Assembly: GCA_025558095.1 (NCBI GenBank)
Contig: JAIVFI010000038.1
Span: 310,001-374,000, forward strand
Length of the DNA: 64,000 nucleotides
Direction: 5' to 3'
Source: Hyaloraphidium curvatum SAG 235-1
Taxonomy: Eukaryota; Fungi; Monoblepharomycota
The notes below the pieces were generated by a model. That model searched no databases and had not been told where the DNA came from. It saw only the letters and a list, made by a program, of their open reading frames with translations. Shown here piece after piece: positions 23,333 through 34,500 of this stretch. The position numbers were made by a program, and so were the translations under genes. Each line of letters begins with the position of its first letter. Within the stretch, counting starts at the first letter, position 1.

Positions 23333-25750
23333 TTATAGTACGATGTGCCAGTGTGCGAGCTGGATGCCATCGCCGACGCTCCGGACCTGCCGGATCTCGA
23401 GCCGGAGCCGATCGAAGCGCCTCCCCTTGGCTGCGGGCAGCGCAAACCACTTCCATTCGAACCGCGAGGCAAACTCCTCGGGCCGATCCCTGCCCGCCGA
23501 ATGAAGTACGACCCACCCGTCGCTGCCAACGGGTCGGCCCAGAAGGATCCAAGCCGCCGGGTCCCGCCCGGGGGAATCGTTTGCCGAGCAAAGACCATAG
23601 GCGGCGACTTCGGTCGGTGCCACGAGGTCGTACTGGATCCACGAGCGGTCGGCAGGGCCTGGATGAAGCCACTTACTCCAGTGTTCCCTGCTTTCCGGCC
23701 GAAGCAGGTTCTCGACGACCTCGCGGCCGGTGCCGCCGCCGCGGATGTCGCCGGCAGCAGTGATACGAGCGACGGCGCGAGCCGGTAAAGTGGCCAGGTT
23801 GGGGTCCGAGCCCAGGCCACTTAGCGTGCGGGAAGGTGCGGGCGCGTACTGGGCCGGCCGAGCAGATTCGCACATCTCACACGCAAGCGAACCGGCATGG
23901 TTGTGATACGTGCATGCGGGACAGGCCCAAATCGATCTGGGGCTGGCCTCTACGGGCGACGAGGGCCAACTGCGGCTGAACTCCACGGGGAGGGGATCCG
24001 CGCCGTACGGCTTGGCCGCACCAGCGTGCGCCAGCAGCATCTGTGCGGCAACGAGGTCCAACTTCGGGCCGCCGTGGTCGTCCCCATCATCCAAGTCCCA
24101 GAGCCAGAATCTGACGTCGTCAAAGTCCTGCAATCGAGCCAAAGTCACGTCTGCTGGCGACAAAGGGGCCCGCCCGCTTTGCTTCGGCTCCTCTCCTTCC
24201 CGCAAGCACGCCGAGCGAGCTTTGAGATCGTCAAAGACCAACTGGGCCGCGTCGAGGAGGCTCCCATCGTCGGCACCAATCGCCATGTTGACAAGCCGCG
24301 GAAGCAGCACGTCTGCGGCAAAGTATCGGCAGAACTGCGCCAGGTACACCGCAAGACGGTCCCGGTACCCGTTGTCCCGGGCAAAGTCGTCGCACGCGGC
24401 GGTGCCCAAGTCCGCGGCGGTCATGATCCTCCCCGGGCGTGCCCAGAGGAACTCGTTGGCGGGCAGCCGCTTGCGCACCTTGAGCTGCACGTCGGGGCTT
24501 CCCAGCCGCGCGTGAAAGATGCAGTCGTCCGATTCGACTAGCACGCTCTCGAACGCTTTCCCGGCGTTCGACGTGTCCCAGATCGCGGCCAGGGCGTCTA
24601 CAGGAGGCCCAACATATCGAGGTGCCGGTCGGGGCGGTGCTGATGAGGGACCTTTGGAGCCGGACCCTCCGAAAATGCGCTCCAAGAAACCTCGCGAGGG
24701 AGCAGCGCGGGCTCCGCTGCTCCGGCGCCCCGGCTGAGGCGCGGCCACGAGGCCGGCCGCGGCAAAATCGATTATCCCCTTGCACTCGTCCTCCAGGTAA
24801 GCCGGTCGACTGCAGCGGATGCCGAGCGTCGAGGTCAGCGCGGCGAGATAAGTATTGGCCCCGTGAATGTCCGTATCGCCCTCCATAATCACATCGGAAA
24901 CAGCACGGTAGTAGAACTTGGTCGGTTCCAGAAAGGTGGAAGAGAACGCGCGGTCCTTCAGCTCCTCGACGTGCTCCTCGCAAGCAAGGTACAGCTTCAG
25001 CTTGGCGAGAACGAGCCGCTCGTCCGCGGCCAGTTCCTCGCGGGAAGCTGACGCGGTCCGCTTGGGATGGAGCTGGACCCGCCGGACCAGCATGACCAGC
25101 ACCTGCTTTTTGCGCGCGGTGCACTCCCTGGCGGCACGCAGCATGAGTCCCAGGACCGTCCTCATGCCGCCCGGTTCCTCGGTCCGGAGGAGCTCCTTTA
25201 CCGCTGCGACGAGCACGCGACGGTCGAAGGAGTTGAAGGAAGTAAAGAACTCCCAGCACATCACGGTAGGATTGCCACCGACGTCCAGCTCAGGAATCTG
25301 CACATATCCGTCCACCGAGGGCCCGAAAGCGCGGCCGGTAACTCTTTCGACGAGCTGAGTCCACTCGTCCGGACGATAGTCCGGTCCCACCCGTGCCTGC
25401 AAGGCGGCAATCGCAGACGACAAGGGGCTGCCTGCCATCAGGGCCGGGCTGACGACGATCTCGGCTGCCGCGGCGCGATACGCTGGTAGGATTCCGCTGC
25501 CGTCCGGGAAGGAGGTCCAACCGAGCTGAACTTCGGCCTCGTTCGAGAACATGGTTGCGAGAGGAGGCACCGTGGTTGTCCCCTCCGTATTCTTCTTCGA
25601 GTCTCTGAAGGACTCCAGCACGGCGTCCTCGAGGTCCATGTCCAACGATCCTCCCCGAACGGCGGAAGGGGCCGGTATCCCCACGGCGAGCATTGCAGCC
25701 AGGGCCCGCGGATCGCACGCCGCTCGTGCGTCGCCATTCGCATCGCCCAT
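23333..25750 (-). CDS. Protein with a RanBP2/NZF zinc finger and a C-terminal galactose-binding-like (discoidin-fold) domain
   Basis: ATG 25750. WACPACTYHNHAGSLACEMC, then KWL..WIQYDL..YGLCSANDSPGRDPAAWILLG..FASRFE..RLRLEI..IQLA. Confidence 0.75.
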   Translation of the reverse strand: MGDANGDARAACDPRALAAMLAVGIPAPSAVRGGSLDMDLEDAVLESFRDSKKNTEGTTTVPPLATMFSNEAEVQLGWTSFPDGSGILPAYRAAAAEIVVSPALMAGSPLSSAIAALQARVGPDYRPDEWTQLVERVTGRAFGPSVDGYVQIPELDVGGNPTVMCWEFFTSFNSFDRRVLVAAVKELLRTEEPGGMRTVLGLMLRAARECTARKKQVLVMLVRRVQLHPKRTASASREELAADERLVLAKLKLYLACEEHVEELKDRAFSSTFLEPTKFYYRAVSDVIMEGDTDIHGANTYLAALTSTLGIRCSRPAYLEDECKGIIDFAAAGLVAAPQPGRRSSGARAAPSRGFLERIFGGSGSKGPSSAPPRPAPRYVGPPVDALAAIWDTSNAGKAFESVLVESDDCIFHARLGSPDVQLKVRKRLPANEFLWARPGRIMTAADLGTAACDDFARDNGYRDRLAVYLAQFCRYFAADVLLPRLVNMAIGADDGSLLDAAQLVFDDLKARSACLREGEEPKQSGRAPLSPADVTLARLQDFDDVRFWLWDLDDGDDHGGPKLDLVAAQMLLAHAGAAKPYGADPLPVEFSRSWPSSPVEASPRSIWACPACTYHNHAGSLACEMCESARPAQYAPAPSRTLSGLGSDPNLATLPARAVARITAAGDIRGGGTGREVVENLLRPESREHWSKWLHPGPADRSWIQYDLVAPTEVAAYGLCSANDSPGRDPAAWILLGRPVGSDGWVVLHSAGRDRPEEFASRFEWKWFALPAAKGRRFDRLRLEIRQVRSVGDGIQLAHWHIVL

Positions 25751-25949
25751 TGCGGAAGAAAAGGCTTCCTCGGCGGCCCGTCGACCGCAGCGCGGGTTCG
25801 GCGGTTGAGGGGAGGCCTGAGACAGATCCGCGTGCCGATCCGACTGCATTCAGGGTCCCCGCGCTTCCGCCGCTACGTCGGTCCTCGGACGTCCGGCGGT
25901 CGTTCTCCTTATCTCTTTGCTTCTCTTCCTCGCCGTTCCCGACCGCGCG

Positions 25950-27134
25950 ATGCCCGACGGCTCCGCTGCCCCGCCCGCGGCGACCCTCGCTTCCGGCGTC
26001 GAGGCCTACATTCCACAAGCCCTGAAGGGCGCCGTCTTCGTGGGCCACCTCGCGACCGACCTGGACTCTATTGCCGGTGCGATTGGCGCCGCGGAGCTGT
26101 ACGGCGGCGTCGCCGCGAGGGCTAGCGAGATCAATGGCGAGACCGCCTTCTCGCTGCAGAAGTGGGGCGTGGAACAGCCCCCGCCGATCGAGGACGTCCT
26201 CAAGGAGAACGCTTCCGGTGGGCAATGAGTCGGAAGTGAGAAGGAAAGAGCCTTCTTACCGTCCCACGCGCAGCCAACATCTGCCTGGTGGACTTCCAGC
26301 AGACCAGCCAGATGAACAAGGCTATCGATCCCGAAAAGGTCGTCGGCATCATCGACCACCACGCTCTGCAGTCCTCGACCATCGAGATTTCCCGCCCCAT
26401 CCACATCGACATCCGGCCCTGGGGCTCCATGAGCACCATCCTCGCGCACACCTTCCTTACCCTCGGTAGGACCCCGCAGCGCTCCACGGCGGGCCTGCTC
26501 CTCGGCGCCATCCTCTCCGACACCCTCGACCGCCGCGGGCCCACGACCACCGAGTGGGACCGCAAGATGGTCGACGTGCTGGCGGGCATCCTCGACATGT
26601 CCGAGGCCGAGGTCGCCGAGATGGCAAAGGGGCAGTTCAAGGCCAAGTCGGCGGAGCTGGCCGCGCTTCCCGCGCACCAGCTCGTCGGGATGGACCAGAA
26701 GAGCTTCGGGTTCGAGACCGAGGCGTTCAAGGGCAACGTCGGCTTCGCCGTGCGTAGCAGTCCTAGTGCGGACTCGGGCAGACGGTCTAATCCCCGTACC
26801 GATACCGTCACAGGTCATCGAGACGGTCGACGTGGGTCCGCACCTCGAGCGTGCCGCGGATCTCATCGAGGCCGTGCGCAAGGACAAGGCCGACAAGAAG
26901 CTGGACGCGCTGATGCTCGCCGTGGTCGACATCGTGGGCCTCAACGCGACGCTGCTGCTCTGCGACGACGCCGAGAGGAGCCTGGCCGCGGCGGCGTTCG
27001 GCAAGGGCAAGGTTGAGGCCTCGTCGCTCAAGGAGACGATGGACCTGCCCGGCCTGGTCTCCCGCAAGAAGGACTTTGTGCCCGCCGTCGACAAGGCGAT
27101 CAAGGGCGGATGGGCGCCGGCCGCGAAGGCCTGA
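25950..27134 (+). CDS. ppaC: Family II Mn-dependent inorganic pyrophosphatase (DHH/DHHA2), 3 exons
   Basis: FVGHLATDLDSI, INGETAF, CLVDFQQTSQ, GIIDHH, IRPWGSMSTI, GAILSDTL, DQKSF and SRKKDFVP. Introns at ~26218-26273 and ~26750-26813. Confidence 0.85.
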
Positions 27135-27410
27135 AGCGAGGGAGATGCGGACGGATGAGCGAATTATCTTGCAGAAAAAGTCAGATTGTCAGGTTCTGTA
27201 TGTTTGAAGCAAGAGACACGACCGTGGCGAGCTTTTGACCCTTCGCTTGGGCGGAGTTTCGGTCACCCAACTTCCGAATTCCGAGCAGACAGAAGACCGC
27301 TCTCTACCCACTTTGCCTGGAGGAGCTCCGAACGCTCTTTGGAAGCACGAGCGAGCGGCCCGCCGTGGGACTTTTGGCTCTGAACGTCGTCCTTGGGGAG
27401 CCGCCGAAGG

Positions 27411-28342
27411 ATGCCGACCCCGTCCACGTTCGGTCGCGTCGTCGTCACCTCGCACCCGCAGTACTCGGATGCGGCGCACTCCCGGTTTAACCGCTTCCCG
27501 CGGCCGTCACCGCGGTTCGCGACGGAGTACTCGACGATGTTCAATGCCGCGGTCGTCGGCGCCAAGAAGAGGCCCGTCCTGAAGTCGGGCAAACTCCGCT
27601 GGGTCAAGGAGAAGGAGGGCCCGTCGGAGCGGCAGCAGGTTAAGGAGGACAGCGTTCCTTCGATGAAGAAGGACGAGGTCCCGGATGAGGCTCCGATCCG
27701 CGACATGACTTCGTTCGAGGTGCACCACGTCGTCGGCCGGTCGCCGCATGCCCTGGAGAGGGCGGAAACCCCGAGCGACATGGTGCCGGCGGGCATCGTC
27801 ACGCTTGGTGGTCTTGCATACCCCAAAGCAGGTCCGGAGGAAGACGTCGGTGAGCACGACACCTTCCGTTTGGGTTGTAACTCCGCCTCAATTCCGCCCA
27901 CTCTACGCCAGCCAAGCAGCCCCTCACGAAGGAGAACCGGCGCAAACGCCGGGATCCCGAACTGGACCAGTCTGTTCTGGCAACTGTTCCCGGGAAGGAC
28001 TACGAAGCTACCGGGCTTGTGTGGGGTGCAATGGTTGAGAAGAAGGACGGCCACGGGCCGGCCGGGGAAAGCGGGCAGGAGCCCCATGCGTCGGACGCCG
28101 ACTGGCAGAAGCTCATCCACGTGGATGGATCCTGCGGTCCCGTGGTTGCGCGGCTGAGGGAGATCGAAGAGAAGAAGTTCGATTTGATAACCGGTACGAA
28201 CCTCGGCGCCGTGTACGGTCACCACGCCCTGACGCGTTCCTCCAGGGGAACTCCTGACCCCGGAACAGCAGAAGCACAGGCTTCCGACCTTCGTTGCTCT
28301 CGGCAACCAGAGGGCTGTGATTCCGTCAACCATGAAGCTTGA
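27411..28342 (+). CDS. Hypothetical protein (probably spliced)
   Basis: ATG 27411 (MPTPSTFGRVVV) opens a codon-biased ORF with a GTGAGC donor at ~27850. A later frame (DADWQKLIHVDGSCGPVV) is plausibly a downstream exon. 3' end uncertain. Confidence 0.4.
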
Positions 28343-28590
28343 GAAGGAGCTGAACGTGGGTTGCTTCGAAAGCTCTGACCCGGCTCGAGGCCAAAGTGCT
28401 TTCCCAGACTCGAGACAAGGGCTACAACATCCTCTCGTGGACGTAGCGTATTCTTCTCGTCAAGTTGCATCGTCTTTGGTACCATCAGTAACTCATCATG
28501 TAGTTCTACCACCAACAAAAGCACTAAGAGTCTACCGCATTGCACCCCATGACTGCACGGCTCCGCCGTGCCTACCGCGACGAAAGACAA

Positions 28591-31500
28591 CTACGAATCG
28601 TCGTCCAATCCCAGGTTGTTCCCCTCGTCCTCGGCAACGTCTTCCGCGAGACCGTCGGCATCGAACACGTCCGCTCCACCCTCTCCGCTTTCGCCCTCCT
28701 CATCTTGAGGCTCTGCCACGGGATGTGCAGCAGAGGGAGCGCCCGTTGGAGGCACCGGTCTCCAACAGGTCATCAGTGCCGGATCCCGTCCGCCAGCGAG
28801 GACCAGCGAATTCCCGTCTTCGTTTGCGCGAACGTAAGAGTTCCGAATGCTCCTCGAGCGCAGGGAAAAGGTGAGGCCGGGGCAACCAGCGGCGTAGATC
28901 GGTCTCGAAGGTCCTGGTGTGGGAAGGAAGCATGCGTCGTCTTTCCTCCTCAGCTTGTCGGTCACGATGAGCTTCGAGCGGTTGTCGGGGTCGACGGCGA
29001 CGAAGAAACCGGGCTTGGCGACGCTCTCGAAGGTAAAGTGGTAGTTGGCGCCGCAGATCGGGGCCAGGACCTTGAACGCGGCCCGCTTGTCGTCTTGCTG
29101 CACCGTCAGGTTGCCGCGGAAGAGGCCAACAGACAAGCTGTCCAAGTCAACGGCAATGTACTCTCGGTCCACGAGTCCGGTGGAATGGAAGCTGATCAAG
29201 TCGCCCAAGTTGATCGACTCGGCATTGATCCGAGGCCGGAACGCCTGGCCCCGCATGACGGCCGCCGAAGCTTCGCCTTTGACGCCGCAGGTGGTCACGC
29301 GCAGCTTCCCTGCCTTGGTGGCCGTCATGCACTTGCCGTCGCTCGCCGCGGAAGCGATGGCGATGCTCTCCGCCGCGATGGGTGAGCCTCCGTCCGGCGC
29401 GGCGACGACACCGGCGTTCAGAGACGACAACTGCCCCGTGGCATTGTCGTAGCGCCAGACGCCGTTGGGCAGGTCCGAATAGCACGGTGTCAGCACAATG
29501 CTGGACCGCGAGTTGACCGCCAAGCAAAGTCCGGAACTTGTCCGGAAGCTCTGCCCCAGAGGTTCCGCCGTCGACTGTCAAGTCGCGGAATCAATACCAC
29601 TGAACTCTCCAGCTTCGACGGCAATCTCACCAGGAAGATGGTCGCGTCGACCTTCTTCCGCAGCCTGCAAGCCGGGCCTTCACGGGAAAAGGCTCCGACG
29701 GCGGTCCCACAGCTCACGTAGCGGTCGCCAAATCTGATCCGGAAGTCATTGTCCTCCCCGCCGGCAAGGCCGGGTGCAGGTCCCTGGGAAGCCAAACGTG
29801 AGAAGGCAGTCATGAAGGCGGCGGAAAAGACATCACCTCGTCGTATCCCTGCGTCAAGGCAGGCACAACAGGAAGTTGATATGCCGATATCCGTTCCCCG
29901 AAAACTTCCCTGTCGCTGAGCCCGTCGAAGAAGTCTTCCGGAAGGGCACCGCCGCGCATCTGAAGTCTGCGACGGATCTGCTCCCTATGGAGCTCGATGC
30001 CGTCATCCAGGGTCATGTCGCGGGAGTCGAAAAGGATAGTGTCCAGCCCGTCCAAGAGCTGCCGTTTCCGAAAACGGAAGTGGCCGGGTGCCACAAAATC
30101 GACGTCGGCGAGGTCCCGCTTCGAAAGCTGCAGCAGCGTGAGCGCCTTCTCCGCCGCGCCACGCACGTTGCGGTCGAAAAACTCGCGCGCTGCCTTGCCC
30201 ACATCGGAAGCGTCGAGCGTAAAGTCCACGTCCACCTTCTCCCCGAAGAAGACGCCCTTGATCCGGATGCCGACGGATCCCGCCATGAACTTCGAGTTGA
30301 AGTCGGCGTCGACCGAGCCGACGAACCCGGCCGCGCTGAAGCTGATCATGGAACGCACCCGATCGCCCAGGAAGTCAGCCATCTTGGCGGCAGCCTTCAC
30401 GCCCTCCGAGATTCCCGCGAGACCCTGCTCCGAGGCCTGCAAGGCAACGGTCGCAATGTCCAAACCCCCTTGCGCAACGGTGCAGGCGCTCTGGCAGGCA
30501 GTGTTGACCACCAAGCCCGAAACCATGTTCCATCCCCTGCAGGCTCCGTTGGATATCGCCTGGACCTTGGCAGCCAGCTCGTTGCGGATCCGTTCGGCTT
30601 CACGCCTCGCGGCTTCGGCTGCTTCGCGCGCGGCACGTTCGGCCAACTCCCTGGCCCTTGCTGCCTCAGCCACGAGGCGTTCCTGGGCCTCCCTTGCAGC
30701 CCTCTCCGCGGCGTCCCGGATCCTTTGCGCCTCGCGCTGCGCCGCCTGAGCTGCCTCGATCGCCCTCCGCCGAGCTTCCTCCTGGAATCGTGCAGCGGCC
30801 TCTGCCGCTTCCCTTGCGCGTCTCTCGGTCTCCCGCGCCGCGTTTTCGGCTGCGATCCTAGCGGCTTCTGCCATCTCGCGCGCGCGTCTCTCCGTTTCGT
30901 CTTTCACCCGTTGAGCCTCCGCTTGCGCGGCCGCCGCGGCCGCGGCCAAAGCATCTCTGACCCTCTGTGCCTATGTTGAAATGACAATGTGGTTTGAAAC
31001 GTGGAGAAGACTTTAAGCTCCCGATCTCACCTGCGCTGCAGCAGCAGCAGCCATGGCTTCCTGGGCCCGCCTCGCTTGCTCCTGGGCCGCCTGCTGTGCA
31101 GCAGCTGCGGCTTCCTGCACGCGCCTCGCTTGCTCCTGGGCAGCCTTTTGGGCCGCTGCCATGGCTTCTTGCGCGCGCCTCGCCTGCTCTGCCGCTTGCT
31201 GCTGCACTCTCTCGGCCTCGCGCTTCGCAGCTTCCGCCGCTTCGCGAGCTTGCTTTTCCGCCAGATCCTTCACGCGCTGCGCCTCTCTCTGTGCAGCCTC
31301 GGCGGCCTCACGAGCCCTTCGCTCCATTTCCTCGCGCGCAATGCGCGCAGCCTCCGCCGCGCGGGCCGCCTGCTCGCGAGCAACACGCTCCGCTTCCGCT
31401 CGTGCCCTCGCCACGGCCGCCGCAGCCTGTTCGGCAGCGCGTCGTGCGGCGTCCGAGACGGTGTTGACCGCGCCCGAAGCAGCATTTCCGACGCTCCGAA

Positions 31501-34500
31501 ACGCGTTTGTAAAGGCTGACCAGCGCTTTTCCAGAACGATCGCTTCGAGGCGCTCTGCATCAGTGAGGTCCGCAGGGTCTTGCGGGGGCACAAGTGCCTC
31601 CTCTTGAAGCGGCAGCTCCGAACGGCGCACCCGGCGACGTCCGCAAGAGACTTTTTCCGCTGCTTCCGTGCACTTGTCCTTCCAATCGCACACCGACTTC
31701 CGCGCGTCGTCCACGGCACGTCGCTTGCTCTCAACCTCCCGCCTCGCGGAGTCCAGCTGGGCTGCGCCCTGCTTGGCCCAGGAACCAAGTGCTTCGAGCA
31801 CGCCGTCGACGAATTGCTGGAAAGACCGCATGTCGAAGTCCCCGGTTACAGAGAACTTGGACCGCGAACCAATCGCAGCCTGGAAGCGGAAGCTGACATC
31901 GAACACAAAGAACTTTTGCGAGAAAGAAAGGATGTACTCGGTCGGCGTGATGGAGACGATCGTCTCTAGCTGGAACATGAAAACCTTGACGTACGCCGAC
32001 AGCGTGAGTCCGAGCTCGGTGGCGCGGTCATACTCCAAAGCAACGTTGAGGATCGGTCCGCGGTCCGTGTCCTGCTTGCTCCGGTAGATCTCGATGAGCC
32101 CTCCCGCGAGCTTCACCGGATCAAGTTCGACAAGTAGCTTGATACCCCTGCCCATGCTGACGGAGATCTGGACCCGGGCTGTGACGTCCAAGATGTTCAG
32201 AGTCCCGTTCAGGAAAAAGCCCTGCTGATACTGCCGTCCCGGCGCCGCGCAGTTGCCCCCGGGGCACAGCGAAATGGATGTGGGTCCCGAGAACCCGCTG
32301 TTGAGCAGCGGCGCCGGGATGATGGAGGGGTCCGGCGCCACGTCCGTGAAGGCCAGGATGATGCGCTTGACATCCAGCTGCGTCATGTCGCCGGCGAACC
32401 AGTTGTTCTGAGGGTTCACGGGGTCGAACGACACGTAGATCGATCCCCCGATGCACGGCGCGTCCGGAAGGAAGGAGAAATCAGGGCCGTAGCAACCGCG
32501 CCCGATGGCGACCTGGCCGCCGACGAGGATCGACGGCGCGCCCAGGGCTGCGGTTATCCCGACCTCCAAGACAATGTTCCCAATGCTTAAGCGATCCCAA
32601 CCGAAAGCACTCCGCCAGATTCCAGTCATGGAAGCACCCAACACAACGCTGGCCCCCTTGACCCCGATCCGGGCTTGAAGCTGCAGCGGATCCCGGTCGG
32701 CATCGACGGTCAACGCGATAGAGCCAGAAAGGAACAGGGCGGTTGAGGGGAAGGAAGCGCTGAAGCCGACGGCGGTCAAGGTGAGCCCCGAGCTGATCCT
32801 GAGGTTCGAGACGGCGGCTGACAGCGCGATGTCCGGGGGGCTGATTCCGGCCCCGATCTGTAGCCGCACGTCGCGGCCGAGCAGGGAGACCATTACGTCG
32901 CAGAAGCCAGAACCTCCGCAATCGGAAGGGAGGCCCATTTGGAGACCGATCGACAGGCCGCGCTTGATCGAGGGAAGAAAATCGAGGGGCGCGTCGAGCA
33001 CCATTGGTCCGTCCAGGGCTAGATCGCGAGACGACGCGACGAAGGCCAGCTGCAAGAGCCGTCACGAATCAGACACCATCGATGTAGGGGCAGGAATGCA
33101 CTAAACACTCACAGTGCTGCCGGACGCCACAAGGTTGAGGCCAGGAATGGCAAACCCTGGCATCATGAGCTCCAGGAGGTCGGTGAAGAAGCTGCCCGGA
33201 AGCGCCAGGGCGAGGGTCCCCTGGAACCGGCCTCCGCTCTGCTTTCCCGCGAGCAGTTGCACCCGAGCGTTCTCAAAGAGGTCGGCGGTGGCGGCCACGC
33301 GGAGCATCGCCTGGCCGCTGCCCAGCGTGATGGAGATGTCGAAGTCGTTGAGCGCGAAGGTACGGAGCTCCAACTTGTCGATCAAGGCTTCGACCGGGCC
33401 TTCACGAATGTCATCAGCTCCACCATCAAGCTGATGGGTGCCGAGGACTTACCGGAGGGGAATATGTCGGCCCCGATCCCCGAAAGCAGCTTGTCGAATG
33501 GGAGGACATCCGAGCTGGCAGAGATCGTCCATGACTTGGAGCTCGTGGGCCCCTTGCCGGGCTTGCGGCGCGGTGCGGTCTTGGCCTGCGCTGCTCGGGC
33601 GTGGAGGCGTCGGGGTTCGGCGAGGACAAACGTCCCGTTCAGGCCCTGCCGACGCAGGTGGTCGCGGTAGAGATGGTGGTTGAGGTGCACCAAGGGTACG
33701 TCATGGAGCGAGAGGTGGCCCATGTAGCCAATGTCGGGCAGCTGTACCACGTGGTCCAAAGACCGAACGGTGAGCACCTCGGGGAGCAGGTCCGCCGCGG
33801 CGTCAGTGCCATCTCCAAGCTCGACAGCGGAATCTCCGTCCCTCGGATCCTCCGACCAACTCTGCTGACGGCGGTGAAGACGGCGGCGGCGTGACGCCAC
33901 TTCAGTGTCCGACTCGGGCTCGGCAAAGTCGTCCAACACGTCGGCGAATCCCACGCCCGCTTGCCTGCCGATGAAGACTTTCAGCGGGTTCCCCGCGAAG
34001 CTCCAGTCACCGTCGATGCGGACGTCGACCTCGCGCTGGGACGAGAAGGGTTCGACGACGGTAAAGACGACCGTCGGGTTGTCGAGCGACAGCGGCACGA
34101 GGTCCGACTGGAGCAGGCCGGGCGGCAGGAGAGCCCGCAGGGAAAGCCGCGTCGTGCACGGGGAAGCGCCCGGCCTGCAGAAGGAGAAGGCGAGATCCTT
34201 GATCTGGATGCCGAGCAGGGCGTCGAGGCCCGAGGAGAGCACGGGGATCTGGGGCAGGTCCGCCAGGGCCGCGTCGGCGCCCATCGCCTTGAGCGCCGAG
34301 CCAATCGTGGTCACCTTGTCCTGCATGCCGACACGCAGGATCATGCTCGCGGCGTCCGACATGAGGGGCAGCTTGAACGGCAGGCCGTTCTTGAAGAAGG
34401 GGAGGACGACGCTGCCCGAGAGCTCAAACCTGATGCTCGAAGGAGCATCGAAGCTGAATGAGGCCGAGTTGTTGACCAAGCCGAAGCCTGCTGGCAGCTC

